Origin: Leptospiraceae bacterium
Lineage (GTDB): Bacteria; Spirochaetota; Leptospiria; Leptospirales; Leptonemataceae
Length of the DNA: 64,000 nt
Reading direction: 5' to 3'
Assembly: GCA_040217195.1 (NCBI GenBank)
Contig: JAVJNR010000004.1
Coordinates: 512,001-576,000, forward strand
Position 1 is the first letter of the stretch. Each line of letters begins with the position of its first letter. The position numbers were made by a program, and so were the translations under genes. The notes under the pieces are model-generated. The model did not search any database. It saw nothing but the letters and a program-made list of their open reading frames with translations, and was not told the origin of the DNA. Below are positions 41,037 through 51,762 of this stretch, one piece after another.

Positions 41037-42569
41037 ATGTTCAGTAAATATCGCATAGATTTCGTACTTCTCTTTTCCGTCCTGTTTGCAGCCGGAGCCG
41101 GGATCTTCGTGCTTTATACTCAGGAAACAGACCCCGATGCCTCCTTTCCCTCCTGGGTAAAGCAAAGTATGTTTCTAGCACTGGGTCTGGTTTTGATGCT
41201 GGCTCTGCGAAAAACGAACTACCAGGTCATTGGCGGTGTGGCCCTTCCTCTGTACGGAATTGCTATATTTCTTCTATTGATTACGCTTATCCCTTTTATT
41301 GGATCCGAGCATAAAGGGGCGCGAAGCTGGATTCGCTTTGGCCCTGTTGGTTTTCAGACATCTGAAATTGCCAAGATTGCAACCATCATATTGCTGGCCA
41401 AATACCTGGAGTTGAAAGAAAGGGAACTGGAGCACATCTATTCACTCTTGATCCCTTTTGGCATAGCAGTGCTTCCCATGCTCCTTATCGTCGTCCAGCC
41501 AGACTTTGGAGGTGCGTTTGTCATCGCCCCCATTTTGCTTTCCATGTTGTACATGGCAGGCGCGGATATCTATCACATTGGATCCATTGTAATCTTTTTC
41601 GCTGTTTCCATTTTTGTACCCCTGTATATAGAATACCATAATATCATGCTTGTGGATTCAGTCATTACCCGGGTTAGCGAATTGGGTAAAGATTCTCTGT
41701 TACCGGCAGTGCGAATTCTAAAATCGGATATATGGGCTTTCCTGGAAAAGGCGAAGATCCCGGAAGGGATTACAGGTAGCGACCGGGAATATCTGGGAAA
41801 TATACTCACAAACCAGAGTCTGTTCATTGATTTGCAGGATGCAGCCGAAAGTATTCGAATTGAAGAAGGCGGAATGCTGCTTCGCCTTCTGGATAACGAC
41901 ATTCTATTACTTGTTGTAGCCCTGCTCTGCACGTTTCTGGCGCTCGGGCTTTTCATCTGGAGAATGACCCAGGGCATTAGTTTCAAACATCTGCGAAAGT
42001 ATTACATTCCTCTGGGAGTGATCGGCATTTCTATCCTTTCCGCTCTGGCCATACACTGGACCTTTTCATTTAAATACCATCAAGTAGTTCGCGTAACAGC
42101 GTTTATCAATCCAGACCGTTTTCCCAGGGGACATGCCTATCAGATCAGGGCCTCCAAAGCAGCCATTGGTTCCGGAGAATGGACTGGCCAGGGAATGTTT
42201 GAAGGCGAAATGACCATCGGCGATACTCCGGTGGTGCCAGAAGCGCATACAGACTTTATCTTTACCGCCTGGGCAGAGAGAACTGGTTTTCTGGGCAGTG
42301 TTATTCTATTGCTCATTTTAGCATCTATACCACTGAGAGCATTGCAGATGTCCTATGAGGCCCGGGATCGCTTTGGTTCCCTGCTTGCAGCAGGCCTGGG
42401 ATTCATGTTTTTTTACCATATCTTTTTTAATGTGGGGATTGCACTGGGACTGTTACCGGTTACGGGCCTACCTCTAAGCTTTGTTAGCTACGGGGGCTCC
42501 CATCTAATCACTTGTTTGATGGCTGCGGGCATTCTATTCAGTATCTTCCGCAGAAAATACGTAAACTGA
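41037..42569 (+). CDS. rodA: SEDS peptidoglycan glycosyltransferase RodA
   Basis: GARSWI, QTSEIAK, QPDFG, PEAHTDFIF, PVTGLPLSFVSYGGS. Confidence 0.95.
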   Translation: MFSKYRIDFVLLFSVLFAAGAGIFVLYTQETDPDASFPSWVKQSMFLALGLVLMLALRKTNYQVIGGVALPLYGIAIFLLLITLIPFIGSEHKGARSWIRFGPVGFQTSEIAKIATIILLAKYLELKERELEHIYSLLIPFGIAVLPMLLIVVQPDFGGAFVIAPILLSMLYMAGADIYHIGSIVIFFAVSIFVPLYIEYHNIMLVDSVITRVSELGKDSLLPAVRILKSDIWAFLEKAKIPEGITGSDREYLGNILTNQSLFIDLQDAAESIRIEEGGMLLRLLDNDILLLVVALLCTFLALGLFIWRMTQGISFKHLRKYYIPLGVIGISILSALAIHWTFSFKYHQVVRVTAFINPDRFPRGHAYQIRASKAAIGSGEWTGQGMFEGEMTIGDTPVVPEAHTDFIFTAWAERTGFLGSVILLLILASIPLRALQMSYEARDRFGSLLAAGLGFMFFYHIFFNVGIALGLLPVTGLPLSFVSYGGSHLITCLMAAGILFSIFRRKYVN

Positions 42570-42596
42570 TTACCATCTCTCCGATAATAGGAGCAG

Positions 42597-43337
42597 ATGG
42601 TGAGCAAGAATAAAACGCAGATCGAAAATGGCCTGGCTCATGCCAGGAAGCTTCAGAATCAACTTCTGGAAATGGACTCCCATATTCAGAAAGGCAATGA
42701 AATCTTAAGAACCGTGCAGGAAAATGCGGCTGAGTTTCTACATACCTTTGAAGGTCCGGCCTATCTAAAATCCAGGCTACAGCGCTTCCTTTCCATCTCG
42801 AACAAGCTCTTGGAACAAGAAAAACAGCAATCCGTGCTGCATTCATCCCTTCGACGACAACTTGAAAAATTTTTGGACCCGGACCTTCTAATGTACTACA
42901 GCCCTGCAGTGAGTCGTAGATTGATATCTGCCTTTGGATCCAGATCGGAGTATTCGCCTGTAGCTCCCCGCCCGGATGAACATAGATGCTTTAGACTGGG
43001 AGACTTCTTCTTCGTAACCAGAGCAGAACCCTTAATGCGAATATCATCGGCAAGGCTGCGAAAGACCGGTCAGAAGCTTCCGCGCAGGGTGCGCACAACC
43101 GAGCATGGTACACTTTCTTTGTTTCCGGGACATCCAGATCATTATCATTCGGATGGACCTTCTTCTTTGATAGTTCTGCAAGGGGAAAAAAAGCTGGGAG
43201 TCTGGGTGGATGAGGAACTGACCCCAATCAACATTGAACCTTATGTAGAAGAAATGGAAGTGAGCCGGCGGGCGCCCTACCCGGTTCGAGGAAGGTTTCG
43301 TAAGCGCGGTCAGCAGTACTATCTTCTGGAGCCTTGA
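42597..43337 (+). CDS. Hypothetical protein; N-terminal coiled coil, possible CheW-like C-terminus
   Basis: AGGAG SD; LIVLQGEKKLGVWVDE resembles a CheW strand motif. Confidence 0.55.
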   Translation: MVSKNKTQIENGLAHARKLQNQLLEMDSHIQKGNEILRTVQENAAEFLHTFEGPAYLKSRLQRFLSISNKLLEQEKQQSVLHSSLRRQLEKFLDPDLLMYYSPAVSRRLISAFGSRSEYSPVAPRPDEHRCFRLGDFFFVTRAEPLMRISSARLRKTGQKLPRRVRTTEHGTLSLFPGHPDHYHSDGPSSLIVLQGEKKLGVWVDEELTPINIEPYVEEMEVSRRAPYPVRGRFRKRGQQYYLLEP

Positions 43338-43467
43338 TACGGCCCTGGCGCTCTCGTAACACCCTCGAGTATTCAGTATTCTACAACAATGGAGGAATCG
43401 GAGTGAACATTGGATTGGAATTCCGGTGCTCTCGAGTTACGGAGCCATAGCTCCAGAAAAAAATGGA

Positions 43468-43487
43468 AAGCGGGGCCCGAAGGCCCC
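43468..43487 (-). terminator. Terminator-like hairpin after MarR gene
   Basis: GGGGCC-TTCG-GGCCCC then GCTTT on the minus strand. Confidence 0.6.
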
Positions 43488-43492
43488 AACTA

Positions 43493-43927
43493 TCAACCGG
43501 CAATCCGGGTTAGAAACTCGTTAAATTCGGTTACATCTTTGGAAAATTGCGAAACACGCGTTTTTCCCCATTCTCGGGCAAGATTGCTCAGCAGACGGTT
43601 TTCATTGTCCAGCAGGCTATCGCCCAGAGTTTTACCTTTCTTTGTAATGGTCAGACGCTTTACACGACGGTCTTCATTATCTGGAGCACTGGTAACCAGT
43701 CCTGCATTCTGAAGGGCTCGAACAGCCTGACTCATAGTCATAGGATCCCTACGGAGCATTTTCCCAAGCTCACCTTGCGAAATACCCTGTTGTTGATCTA
43801 CATGGATTAGGATGGACAGAGCAAGTGTAGATAGTTTTTCTTTTTTGCTCATGCCGTCCCGGATAATGTCCATGGCGCCGCGAAAGGCCGTACCCATCGA
43901 CAACACCAAATCATTAGAAGCACTCAT
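43493..43927 (-). CDS. MarR family regulator
   Basis: ISQGELG, LQNAGLV, DRRVKRLTITKKG. Confidence 0.92.
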   Translation of the reverse strand: MSASNDLVLSMGTAFRGAMDIIRDGMSKKEKLSTLALSILIHVDQQQGISQGELGKMLRRDPMTMSQAVRALQNAGLVTSAPDNEDRRVKRLTITKKGKTLGDSLLDNENRLLSNLAREWGKTRVSQFSKDVTEFNEFLTRIAG

Positions 43928-44089
43928 GTTTCGCAGGAAGAAGCAAAAACCGGGGCTCGTCAATTACAAAATTTATTTTACAAAATTTTCTGAACTTTTT
44001 TAATTCGGGCCCGTCGGGCCCTCTTCACAACTCTGTAACAGAATAGATAGCAAATTCCAACCTTTTGGTAGTTTATACCTTAGAACATG

Positions 44090-45256
44090 CTAACGTTCAC
44101 TGGACGAGATACTCTTCTCGCTTTCGTTCCAGCCCGGGGGAGCTTCTTCAAGCTCCTGCATCCGGCCAAGGAAGCACTTCCATTCCATGTCACACTGATT
44201 GTAAATATCCTGAAAGTATGTTGTCCCGGAATTATAGGCGAGGTAGGACAGAAAATGAGCATTGTTGTAATCTCTTTCGCTCAAAGCCTGCGCATCCAGA
44301 TATTGAAAACCGTGATCCCGGATCCGGGCACGCATACTATCAATTATTTCCCTCTTGCGCTCCAACTTTTCAGCGTCGGAACCATCTCCGGAGTATAGTT
44401 TTTCCAGATCCAGGGCTGTCCGGCGCATCAAATCCCTGAATGCAATTCGTTCCTGTTTGATTGCATTCAGTCGCACCATCCTGGAACCGTCTGTATCCCG
44501 GGACTGGATATATGCCCTGGAGCCCTCCTCCTCCACAAAGGAGGCCAGGGATTCGTTGAAACTCACCGATCCTGGAATCCACACTGTGGCATGCACAGCC
44601 TCATGAATGACCAGCCGGATCAATCCATAGTTGGAATAAGCAAGTTGAGATGAAAGTAAGGGATCATCAAACCAGCCCAGAGTAGAGTAACCGGCCACGT
44701 CCTGAACCACAACATCCAGACCCTGCTGCTCCAGGTTCCGTCCATGGGCTTCTGCCTCTTCTCGAGAAAAGAAACCCAGGTAGGGTACCGAGCCAACTAT
44801 GGGAAACCAGTAGGTATGGGCTTCAAGAGCCAGAGCCCGGGCAGCCACCACATTGTACGCAGCTGCATCCCGGCTTATCCGGGAGAAGTACTGAAAGGAT
44901 TCCCCGGTATTCAGAAACAGCTCCGACCGGGCAAAGGATTGGACTTCAAGAACCAGTTCCAGCTTCTTTCGGGTCTCCGAGTCCAGGTCAGGATCGGCCA
45001 GAACCTCGGAAATGGGCCGACGATTGCAGAGAATGTCCAGCTGACCGGAAGCTGCATTCCAGAGATAGAAGGGTGAGCCGGTGACACAGGAGGAAAAGCT
45101 GCCCAGAAGCAGCAAAGAACTCAGAAAAAGGCCAGCAAAGCCCCAGAAGAGCCACCGAAGGCACTTTTTTGCCTGGATTGGAGACCCTTTTGACAGTGAA
45201 TTCGACCGAGTTCCGGCTACCTGGCCCCTTCTTTCCATTGACAATGCATCCCCCAC
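44090..45256 (-). CDS. Putative zinc aminopeptidase (DUF2265-like)
   Basis: [29 protein letters not shown] (HExxH), FNESLA. Confidence 0.88.
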   Translation of the reverse strand: MGDALSMERRGQVAGTRSNSLSKGSPIQAKKCLRWLFWGFAGLFLSSLLLLGSFSSCVTGSPFYLWNAASGQLDILCNRRPISEVLADPDLDSETRKKLELVLEVQSFARSELFLNTGESFQYFSRISRDAAAYNVVAARALALEAHTYWFPIVGSVPYLGFFSREEAEAHGRNLEQQGLDVVVQDVAGYSTLGWFDDPLLSSQLAYSNYGLIRLVIHEAVHATVWIPGSVSFNESLASFVEEEGSRAYIQSRDTDGSRMVRLNAIKQERIAFRDLMRRTALDLEKLYSGDGSDAEKLERKREIIDSMRARIRDHGFQYLDAQALSERDYNNAHFLSYLAYNSGTTYFQDIYNQCDMEWKCFLGRMQELEEAPPGWNESEKSISSSER

Positions 45257-45320
45257 CGAAAAAATAGGATATCAAGATAAATTGATGCCTTTTGCAGGCA
45301 CAACTCAACAGGGGTATTAC

Positions 45321-46487
45321 ATGTCATTGAAAAATTTTCAATTCACGTCCGAATCCGTATCGGAAGGTCACCCGGATAAGGTATCAGACCAGATTTCCGA
45401 CGCTATCCTGGACGCGTACCTGGCTGGAGATCCGAAAAGCCGTGTTGCTTGCGAGACTCTGACCACTACAGATTTCATCTGCGTTGCTGGCGAAGTAACT
45501 TCCAAGACCAATGTAGATGTGGAAAAGATTGCCCGGGAAGTAACCCGCGATATCGGCTATACACACGACGATATTGGCTTTAACAGCGCAACAGCCGAAG
45601 TTCTGGTAAAACTGCATGCTCAGTCTCCAGACATTTCCCAGGGTGTATCGGAAGGTGAAGGACTTCACCTGGACCAGGGAGCTGGCGACCAGGGACTGAT
45701 GTTCGGCTTTGCCTGTAAGGAAACTCCCAGCCTGATGCCTATGCCAATTGATCTGTCCCATAAACTGGTTCAGTATCTGGCCGAGCTACGGCACAACGGA
45801 ACTATCAAAGAAGTTCTACCGGACTCTAAAAGTCAGGTAACCATCGACTACCGAGATGGTAAGCCTCATCAGGTAAATACGGTAGTTATCTCTACTCAGC
45901 ACCTGGCGGACCTGGAGCACAAAAAACTGGAAGAAATGATGATCGAACTGGTCATCAAGAAGGTTATCCCCGCAGAAATGCTGACTAAAGATACCAAGTA
46001 TCTGATTAATCCCACCGGCCGATTTGTAATCGGTGGCCCCCACGGAGATTGTGGGCTAACAGGACGAAAGATCATCGTAGACACCTACGGCGGATATGGA
46101 CGTCACGGTGGTGGCGCTTTCTCGGGCAAAGACCCATCCAAAGTGGACCGCTCCGCAGCTTACATGGCCCGCTACGCAGCCAAGAATGTAGTGGCCGCAG
46201 GTCTGGCTGAGCGATGTGAAGTGCAGCTTTCCTATGCTATTGGATATCCGGAGCCTACTTCCGTTCTGGTGGACACCTTCGGTACAGGTACCATGGACGA
46301 TGATAAGATCGCGCAGAAAGTAAGAGACGCTTTTGATTTTCGACCCGGCGGCATTGTGAAGGAGCTGGAGCTTCTGGATCCTAAAGGTAGAACCTACCTG
46401 GATACAGCGGCCTATGGTCACTTCGGACGGGAAGGTAAAACCTTTACCTGGGAAAAAACTGACCGAGTGGATGCGCTGAAAGGTTAA
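45321..46487 (+). CDS. metK: S-adenosylmethionine synthetase
   Basis: [39 protein letters not shown]. Confidence 0.98.
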   Translation: MSLKNFQFTSESVSEGHPDKVSDQISDAILDAYLAGDPKSRVACETLTTTDFICVAGEVTSKTNVDVEKIAREVTRDIGYTHDDIGFNSATAEVLVKLHAQSPDISQGVSEGEGLHLDQGAGDQGLMFGFACKETPSLMPMPIDLSHKLVQYLAELRHNGTIKEVLPDSKSQVTIDYRDGKPHQVNTVVISTQHLADLEHKKLEEMMIELVIKKVIPAEMLTKDTKYLINPTGRFVIGGPHGDCGLTGRKIIVDTYGGYGRHGGGAFSGKDPSKVDRSAAYMARYAAKNVVAAGLAERCEVQLSYAIGYPEPTSVLVDTFGTGTMDDDKIAQKVRDAFDFRPGGIVKELELLDPKGRTYLDTAAYGHFGREGKTFTWEKTDRVDALKG

Positions 46488-46542
46488 TTCACGATTCAGA
46501 ACCCTGGATTTCGGTGTCTCTGTGGGACGAGAAATCCAGAAA

Positions 46543-46586
46543 AGAGCGCTCTTCTGCCAAAACGGTAGGGAGCGCTTTTTTGTTTT
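46543..46586 (+). terminator. Rho-independent terminator
   Basis: AGAGCGCTCTTCTGCC/GGTAGGGAGCGCTTT followed by a T tract. Confidence 0.8.
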
Positions 46587-46669
46587 GGACGCCAAAAGGG
46601 CCTCAGGAAGCTTAGCTATTGTATCCTGGTATCGCCTCCGGGATTAGTTCAGTCACAGGTATTCTAACA

Positions 46670-47605
46670 TTGGAAAAGAAAGCGACCAGAGATGGATATG
46701 GCCAGGCTCTAAAGGAGCTGGGAGAACAGAGAAAGGATGTTGTTGTTCTGGATGCGGACCTATCTGGTTCTACTAAAACCAACGTATTTGCCAAAGCCTT
46801 TCCAGAGAGATTCTATAACGTAGGCGTTGCAGAACAAAATCTGGTAGGAATGGCTGCAGGATTCGCATTAAGTGGTCTGATTCCTTTCGCATCCAGTTTT
46901 GCCATGTTTCTGGCCGGTAGAGCCTGGGAAATTGTTAGAAACTCCGTGGCCTACCCGGGCCTGAATGTAAAGCTGGTTGCCTCCCATGCAGGTATAACTG
47001 TAGGCGAGGACGGCGCAAGCCATCAGATAATCGAAGATATTGCACTGATGCGCGCCATTCCAGAAATGCAGGTATTCGTTCCGTCCGACTATAATGAAAC
47101 GATTGCTATCATCAAAGCTGTTGTGGAATTCAAAGGTCCCTGCTATGTGCGATGCGGACGAGCCGCAGTACCTCTTATTGAGCGAAAGGCCGATTATGCC
47201 TTTGAGCCCGGAAGAGGAGAACTTCGCAGAGACGGAAAGGATATCACAATCGTTGCCTGCGGTGTAATGGTGCAGGAAGCAGAAGAAGCGGCAGCACTTC
47301 TTGAAAAATCCGGTATCGATGCAGCTGTGATCAACATGGCATCTATTAAACCCCTGGATGAAGAGCTTCTTATTAAATATGCTAAAAAAACCGGGCTTGT
47401 AATTACCGCAGAGGAGCACAATATCCTTGGTGGCCTGGGCTCTGCAGTGGCAGAAACTCTATCGGAGAAGCATCCAGTTTCGGTGCATCGAATTGGCATC
47501 AAAGATAAGTTTGGTCAGAGTGGCGAAGCAGGCAAGTTAATGGATTATTATGAGCTTCGCGCAAAGAATATCGAATCGTTGGCCAAAAAACTTCTAAATA
47601 AATAG
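46670..47605 (+). CDS. Transketolase C-terminal subunit (split transketolase)
   Basis: [36 protein letters not shown]; probable TTG start. Confidence 0.92.
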   Translation: MEKKATRDGYGQALKELGEQRKDVVVLDADLSGSTKTNVFAKAFPERFYNVGVAEQNLVGMAAGFALSGLIPFASSFAMFLAGRAWEIVRNSVAYPGLNVKLVASHAGITVGEDGASHQIIEDIALMRAIPEMQVFVPSDYNETIAIIKAVVEFKGPCYVRCGRAAVPLIERKADYAFEPGRGELRRDGKDITIVACGVMVQEAEEAAALLEKSGIDAAVINMASIKPLDEELLIKYAKKTGLVITAEEHNILGGLGSAVAETLSEKHPVSVHRIGIKDKFGQSGEAGKLMDYYELRAKNIESLAKKLLNK

Positions 47606-47697
47606 ACTCCTGAAATATGTATACCGGAGGACTACTCCGAGTTATTGGTCGGAAAACCTGGAAGCTTACGTGACAGGTGATTCAAATAGACCGAAAT

Positions 47698-49539
47698 TCA
47701 CTTATCTTTGACTACGAAGTTATCATCTTCCAGACGAAACTCCATTCGATCGTTTCGATAATTTTCAAAGGTGCCACGGGCTTCATAAATGGCTTCTGTT
47801 TCTCCGGCTCCCATATAGGTCATCCGATCCAGAGGCCAGTAATTGCCCTGAAACTCCTGGAAAATCGTATAGGCCATCTCCTCGGTACGCTCCAGATTCT
47901 CCTCTTCGCGTCCGGCGATGGCACTGTGACATTCAACCCTTAAGAAGTATCTCTGATGGCGATCGATGCGGGACAGTACAGCGGCCACCACCTCCTCTCC
48001 ACGGGAATTGATAACACCTTCTTCATCGAAGTAATTTCTGTTCGGGAATCTGGCTACAAGCTCTACTCCACCCTCTTTGATGGGACGCAGAACGACTCCG
48101 GTGGTAATTGTGCTGCCTTCATAGGTACGAATAACTCCAGCTCCATTTCTTATACTGAGCACAGGTACGATGGTTTCATAGGATTCCAGTTCTCGCCCCT
48201 GATATCCGGTGCCATCCCACAGAATACTGGAAGGTAGTAGACCTTTTCCTTCGAAAGCCATAAACACTTCTTTGAGCTCCGGATGGGATTCAGATACAAT
48301 GACCAGAGACAGGGTCCAATCTTCCACAGGCACCGGACCGGAAAACGATGTCTCCATAGTCAATTCGTCATCGATAAAGTCCGAGTCCGGAGTGAAGGTG
48401 CTGCTGGATACAGAAAGTGAAGGTCTGGTACCGGATTGGTCTAGATAGAACTCAAACTCCGGCGATATTACACGACGACCGCCACGATCCATTACCACTC
48501 TGGCTCTATAGTAACCTTCCGAAAGATCATTGCTACCTTTCCAGGTGAATCTTGCAGGAATCCGTGAGCTGCCCCCTTCGCGAAAAACAACGTCTCCACC
48601 GGAATCGAGAATTTGAAATTCATAACCGCTCACGGACAATCCACCGCTTACTGATACAGTTTCCAGACCAAGGGTTGGTCCCTGAGGAGAATAGTAGCGA
48701 TTTCCTCGAAGCACAATGTCGGGGGCCCCGGCCGTTACATAGAGTCCATGCTCCTCTACCCTGCGAACATTTCCCGCTGCATCACGAACTATCAACCGGT
48801 AGCCATAATTTCCAGGATCCACAGCGGAGCCGCCCGGTTCTCTTCCGTTCCAGGAAATGGATGCGGGCAACCTGTCTTCCCATTCCCTTTGCTCAATTAT
48901 ATCTCCCTGCGGGGTCAGTATCTGCCCGGTGAATCGATAACCGGAACCGGCCGGCGATCGCTGTATTATAGTCATTTCCCCCCTGGGCTGAAGAATGCTT
49001 CCATCCGAGGCAATGGGGCGCACAAGCACAGGAGCCGTGGCGGCCAGGGTCACCCGTGGCTTGTCTGTACTCACACGAACTCTGTAGTCTTGATTGATAT
49101 AACCGCCGGACTTGAATTCTCCCTGAAGGGAAAGCCTGTAGTTGCCATCCCTCACCGGTTTTCCGTCCCGTCCCCGGCCATTCCAGTAGATGCGGGACGG
49201 CAGCACCGGCGACTGAAGGTCATATTTTCCTGGCAGAAATAGATTCCCCACCCCTCTGGATGGCCGAATCTTCCGCCGGTCCGCATTGATCTGTCGAACT
49301 ATAGTGCCATCCGAATCCCGAATTGTAAGTACCCAATCACTGGTATATAGAGGGGATTCACTGGACCGTACATTTATCCAGACATAGTCCTGAAAACCAT
49401 CGCCATCGGGAGAGAATTCTGCGTAACTGAGAGAAACATCCACCCTGGGTGCAGCCGGCAATGCGGTTACAGCCAGGAGAATGAGTCCCAGGGCCCGGCC
49501 CTTAATTGATTTGAAACCGGATGACTCTGTACTTCTCAT
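47698..49539 (-). CDS. Secreted protein with repeated FlgD/Ig-like modules and OmpA-like C-terminal domain
   Basis: FSPDGDG / FTPDSD and four W(N/K/D)G modules; VECHS...ENLERTEEMA...GAGETEA...NDRMEF. Confidence 0.75.
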   Translation of the reverse strand: MRSTESSGFKSIKGRALGLILLAVTALPAAPRVDVSLSYAEFSPDGDGFQDYVWINVRSSESPLYTSDWVLTIRDSDGTIVRQINADRRKIRPSRGVGNLFLPGKYDLQSPVLPSRIYWNGRGRDGKPVRDGNYRLSLQGEFKSGGYINQDYRVRVSTDKPRVTLAATAPVLVRPIASDGSILQPRGEMTIIQRSPAGSGYRFTGQILTPQGDIIEQREWEDRLPASISWNGREPGGSAVDPGNYGYRLIVRDAAGNVRRVEEHGLYVTAGAPDIVLRGNRYYSPQGPTLGLETVSVSGGLSVSGYEFQILDSGGDVVFREGGSSRIPARFTWKGSNDLSEGYYRARVVMDRGGRRVISPEFEFYLDQSGTRPSLSVSSSTFTPDSDFIDDELTMETSFSGPVPVEDWTLSLVIVSESHPELKEVFMAFEGKGLLPSSILWDGTGYQGRELESYETIVPVLSIRNGAGVIRTYEGSTITTGVVLRPIKEGGVELVARFPNRNYFDEEGVINSRGEEVVAAVLSRIDRHQRYFLRVECHSAIAGREEENLERTEEMAYTIFQEFQGNYWPLDRMTYMGAGETEAIYEARGTFENYRNDRMEFRLEDDNFVVKDK

Positions 49540-49600
49540 AATAATGCTGTCCCTGCGCTCAAGGATTGGGCGGCCCTAGATGCTGTAAAGCGATTGTGAT

Positions 49601-50878
49601 ATGGAAGCAACCAGGCCATTTATACAAACAGATATTCGAATTCTCGAAGATTATTCCCTCCCCGAATCGCAGAATCGTGCGCAATTATCCGGGGCTGCTG
49701 CGGGCAGTCCGCAACTTGCGGGCAAACTTCCATCCACGGATGAGAAGGTAGTAGTGGCCATGTCCGGAGGCGTGGACAGTGCAGTAGCCGCTCTTGCCTT
49801 GATGCAGGATGGCTACCAGGTCACCGGAGTAAACCTTAGAGTGTGGGAATATGAAGAGTCCTGCGATCCGCGTAAAAAATCATGCTGTAGCCCGGAGGAT
49901 ATTCGGGATGCCCGGGATGTGGGACTGCAGCTGGAAATGCCTTTTTACGTCATTCGAATGGAAGAGGTATTTAACGAAAAGGTCATGGATCGATTCGTAA
50001 AGGATTATGCTTCGGGTCGCACGCCCAATCCCTGCGTGGAATGCAATACCTTTGTTAAGTTTGGATCGTTATTTGAACAGGCCAGCGCTCTGGGTATAGA
50101 CTGGATAGCCACAGGCCACTATGCTCGTACCTTTCGCACAGCGGAGGGTCGATGGGCCATTCGAGAAGGAGTGGATGAAAAAAAGAACCAGGCCTACTAT
50201 TTATATGGCCTGGACCAATCTGCCATCGAGCATACAATTTTTCCACTTGGAGATAGAATCAAGCCAGATGTTCGAGCCTTTGCCAGTGAAGCCGGGCTTT
50301 CCATTGCAGAAAAGGAAGAGTCCCAGGAAATCTGCTTTGTGCCGGATAATGATTATCGCAATTTCCTGCGAAAAAGAGGATTGAGTTTCCAGCAAGGATA
50401 CTTCAAAGATACATCCGGGCGAATCCTGGGAAAGCATAAAGGCAAAGAAAACTTCACGGTAGGGCAACGCAGGGGACTGGGAATTTCCTGGAAAGAGCCC
50501 CTGTATGTGATTTCAATTGAGGAAAACGGAGATGTAATTCTGGGACCGGTATCGGAAACCAGAAGTCACCATTTTGTTGTAGAACAGATTAATTTCCAGG
50601 GCCTGAATCCGGAAAGATTCTTCAAAGATTATTCGAATCAGGACCTGGAAGTAAGAGTGCAGGTGCGCTACAGATCAGCGCCAGTGAAGGCCAGAATACG
50701 TTATCTGGATCAAAGGAATGAACTTGCAGCCAATGGTCAGCCTGTGGGTCATCGAATTTCTGTAGAATGCCTGGAAGATGTATTCAGCATCACTCCAGGG
50801 CAGAGCGCCGTAATCTATCCATCCCGGGAAAGTGCAATCTCAGACATAGTTCTGGCAGGCGGAATAATCGCACGTTAA
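49601..50878 (+). CDS. mnmA: tRNA 2-thiouridylase MnmA
   Basis: AMSGGVDS, TPNPCVECN, ATGHYA, ESQEICF, FTVGQRRG, TPGQSAV. Confidence 0.97.
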   Translation: MEATRPFIQTDIRILEDYSLPESQNRAQLSGAAAGSPQLAGKLPSTDEKVVVAMSGGVDSAVAALALMQDGYQVTGVNLRVWEYEESCDPRKKSCCSPEDIRDARDVGLQLEMPFYVIRMEEVFNEKVMDRFVKDYASGRTPNPCVECNTFVKFGSLFEQASALGIDWIATGHYARTFRTAEGRWAIREGVDEKKNQAYYLYGLDQSAIEHTIFPLGDRIKPDVRAFASEAGLSIAEKEESQEICFVPDNDYRNFLRKRGLSFQQGYFKDTSGRILGKHKGKENFTVGQRRGLGISWKEPLYVISIEENGDVILGPVSETRSHHFVVEQINFQGLNPERFFKDYSNQDLEVRVQVRYRSAPVKARIRYLDQRNELAANGQPVGHRISVECLEDVFSITPGQSAVIYPSRESAISDIVLAGGIIAR

Positions 50879-50923
50879 GCCCAAACACGGAATTAAGGAC
50901 TTTATTCGCTTACCGGTCTAACT

Positions 50924-51544
50924 TTACTTTTGCGCTTCCAGTTCTATTTCCATCAGTCGCGCCACTTCACCATCCATTTCGTTTCCTTTCTGTAATTGCT
51001 TGATTACTCTTCTTCGCCTCTCTTCGGAATGATTCTGACTGAGCTTGGCCTTTCCTTCCAGAAGATCAACCTTCAGGCGAAAGCATCGAACTCCGCTTAG
51101 CATTTTTTCCATGTACGGGTTTTCCCAGTCTATGCTCCAGGCAGATGGATCTAATTCGTATTTGCTTACAGTTGCATCCATTATCTCCTGCATAGAATTC
51201 GAATCTTCCACAGGCTCGAGAACTCCGGATGCATGAATGGCTATATAATTCCAGGTAGGTACCGAGTTGGACTGCTCATACCAGGATGGCGAAATATAGG
51301 CATGGGGTCCCTGAAATACAGCCATGGCCCTTCCAGCGCTCGGATGAGGGTTCGCACCGGCCACATGAAACAATAGCTCCAGTTCAGTTTCAGAAGATTT
51401 TTCTGGGTCCTTTATTATGAAGGGAATATGAGTTATTTCCGGTCCCGACTCCGAGCAAGAAATAAGCATTCCAAAACTATGCGAGCGGATGAATTCCAGC
51501 GCAATGGCTGGATTCTGAATCTTAAAATAAGATGGAATGTACAT
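50924..51544 (-). CDS. PaiB family FMN-binding protein
   Basis: MYIP, HVAGANP, GPHAYISPSWY, VPTWNY, KAKLSQN. Confidence 0.93.
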   Translation of the reverse strand: MYIPSYFKIQNPAIALEFIRSHSFGMLISCSESGPEITHIPFIIKDPEKSSETELELLFHVAGANPHPSAGRAMAVFQGPHAYISPSWYEQSNSVPTWNYIAIHASGVLEPVEDSNSMQEIMDATVSKYELDPSAWSIDWENPYMEKMLSGVRCFRLKVDLLEGKAKLSQNHSEERRRRVIKQLQKGNEMDGEVARLMEIELEAQK

Positions 51545-51762
51545 TATTGTGTTTTCCTGCCGGTTCGATTGTCTGCCCGTTATTCTATGCCTGGAGGCTG
51601 CGACGCTGTGATTACCTGTCAATTATAGATGTAGCCCCGGAGTTTCAAAAATCATTTAGTTTTCGACATGGACTTTTTAGAATGAAAATATGCAACCGGA
51701 TGCGAATTAGACTTCATTGATTTAGACTTCATTAATATGGAACAATTAAGCCTGGATTCGAA

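Noticed and set aside
45081..45320. MetK N-terminal extension or SAM riboswitch
   Set aside because: The region is occupied by the divergent aminopeptidase start. MetK homology begins at 45321 and no SAM-I core was recognised.
46670..47605. Truncated transketolase pseudogene
   Set aside because: Split two-subunit transketolases are common and this ORF is intact. The N-subunit is presumably elsewhere.
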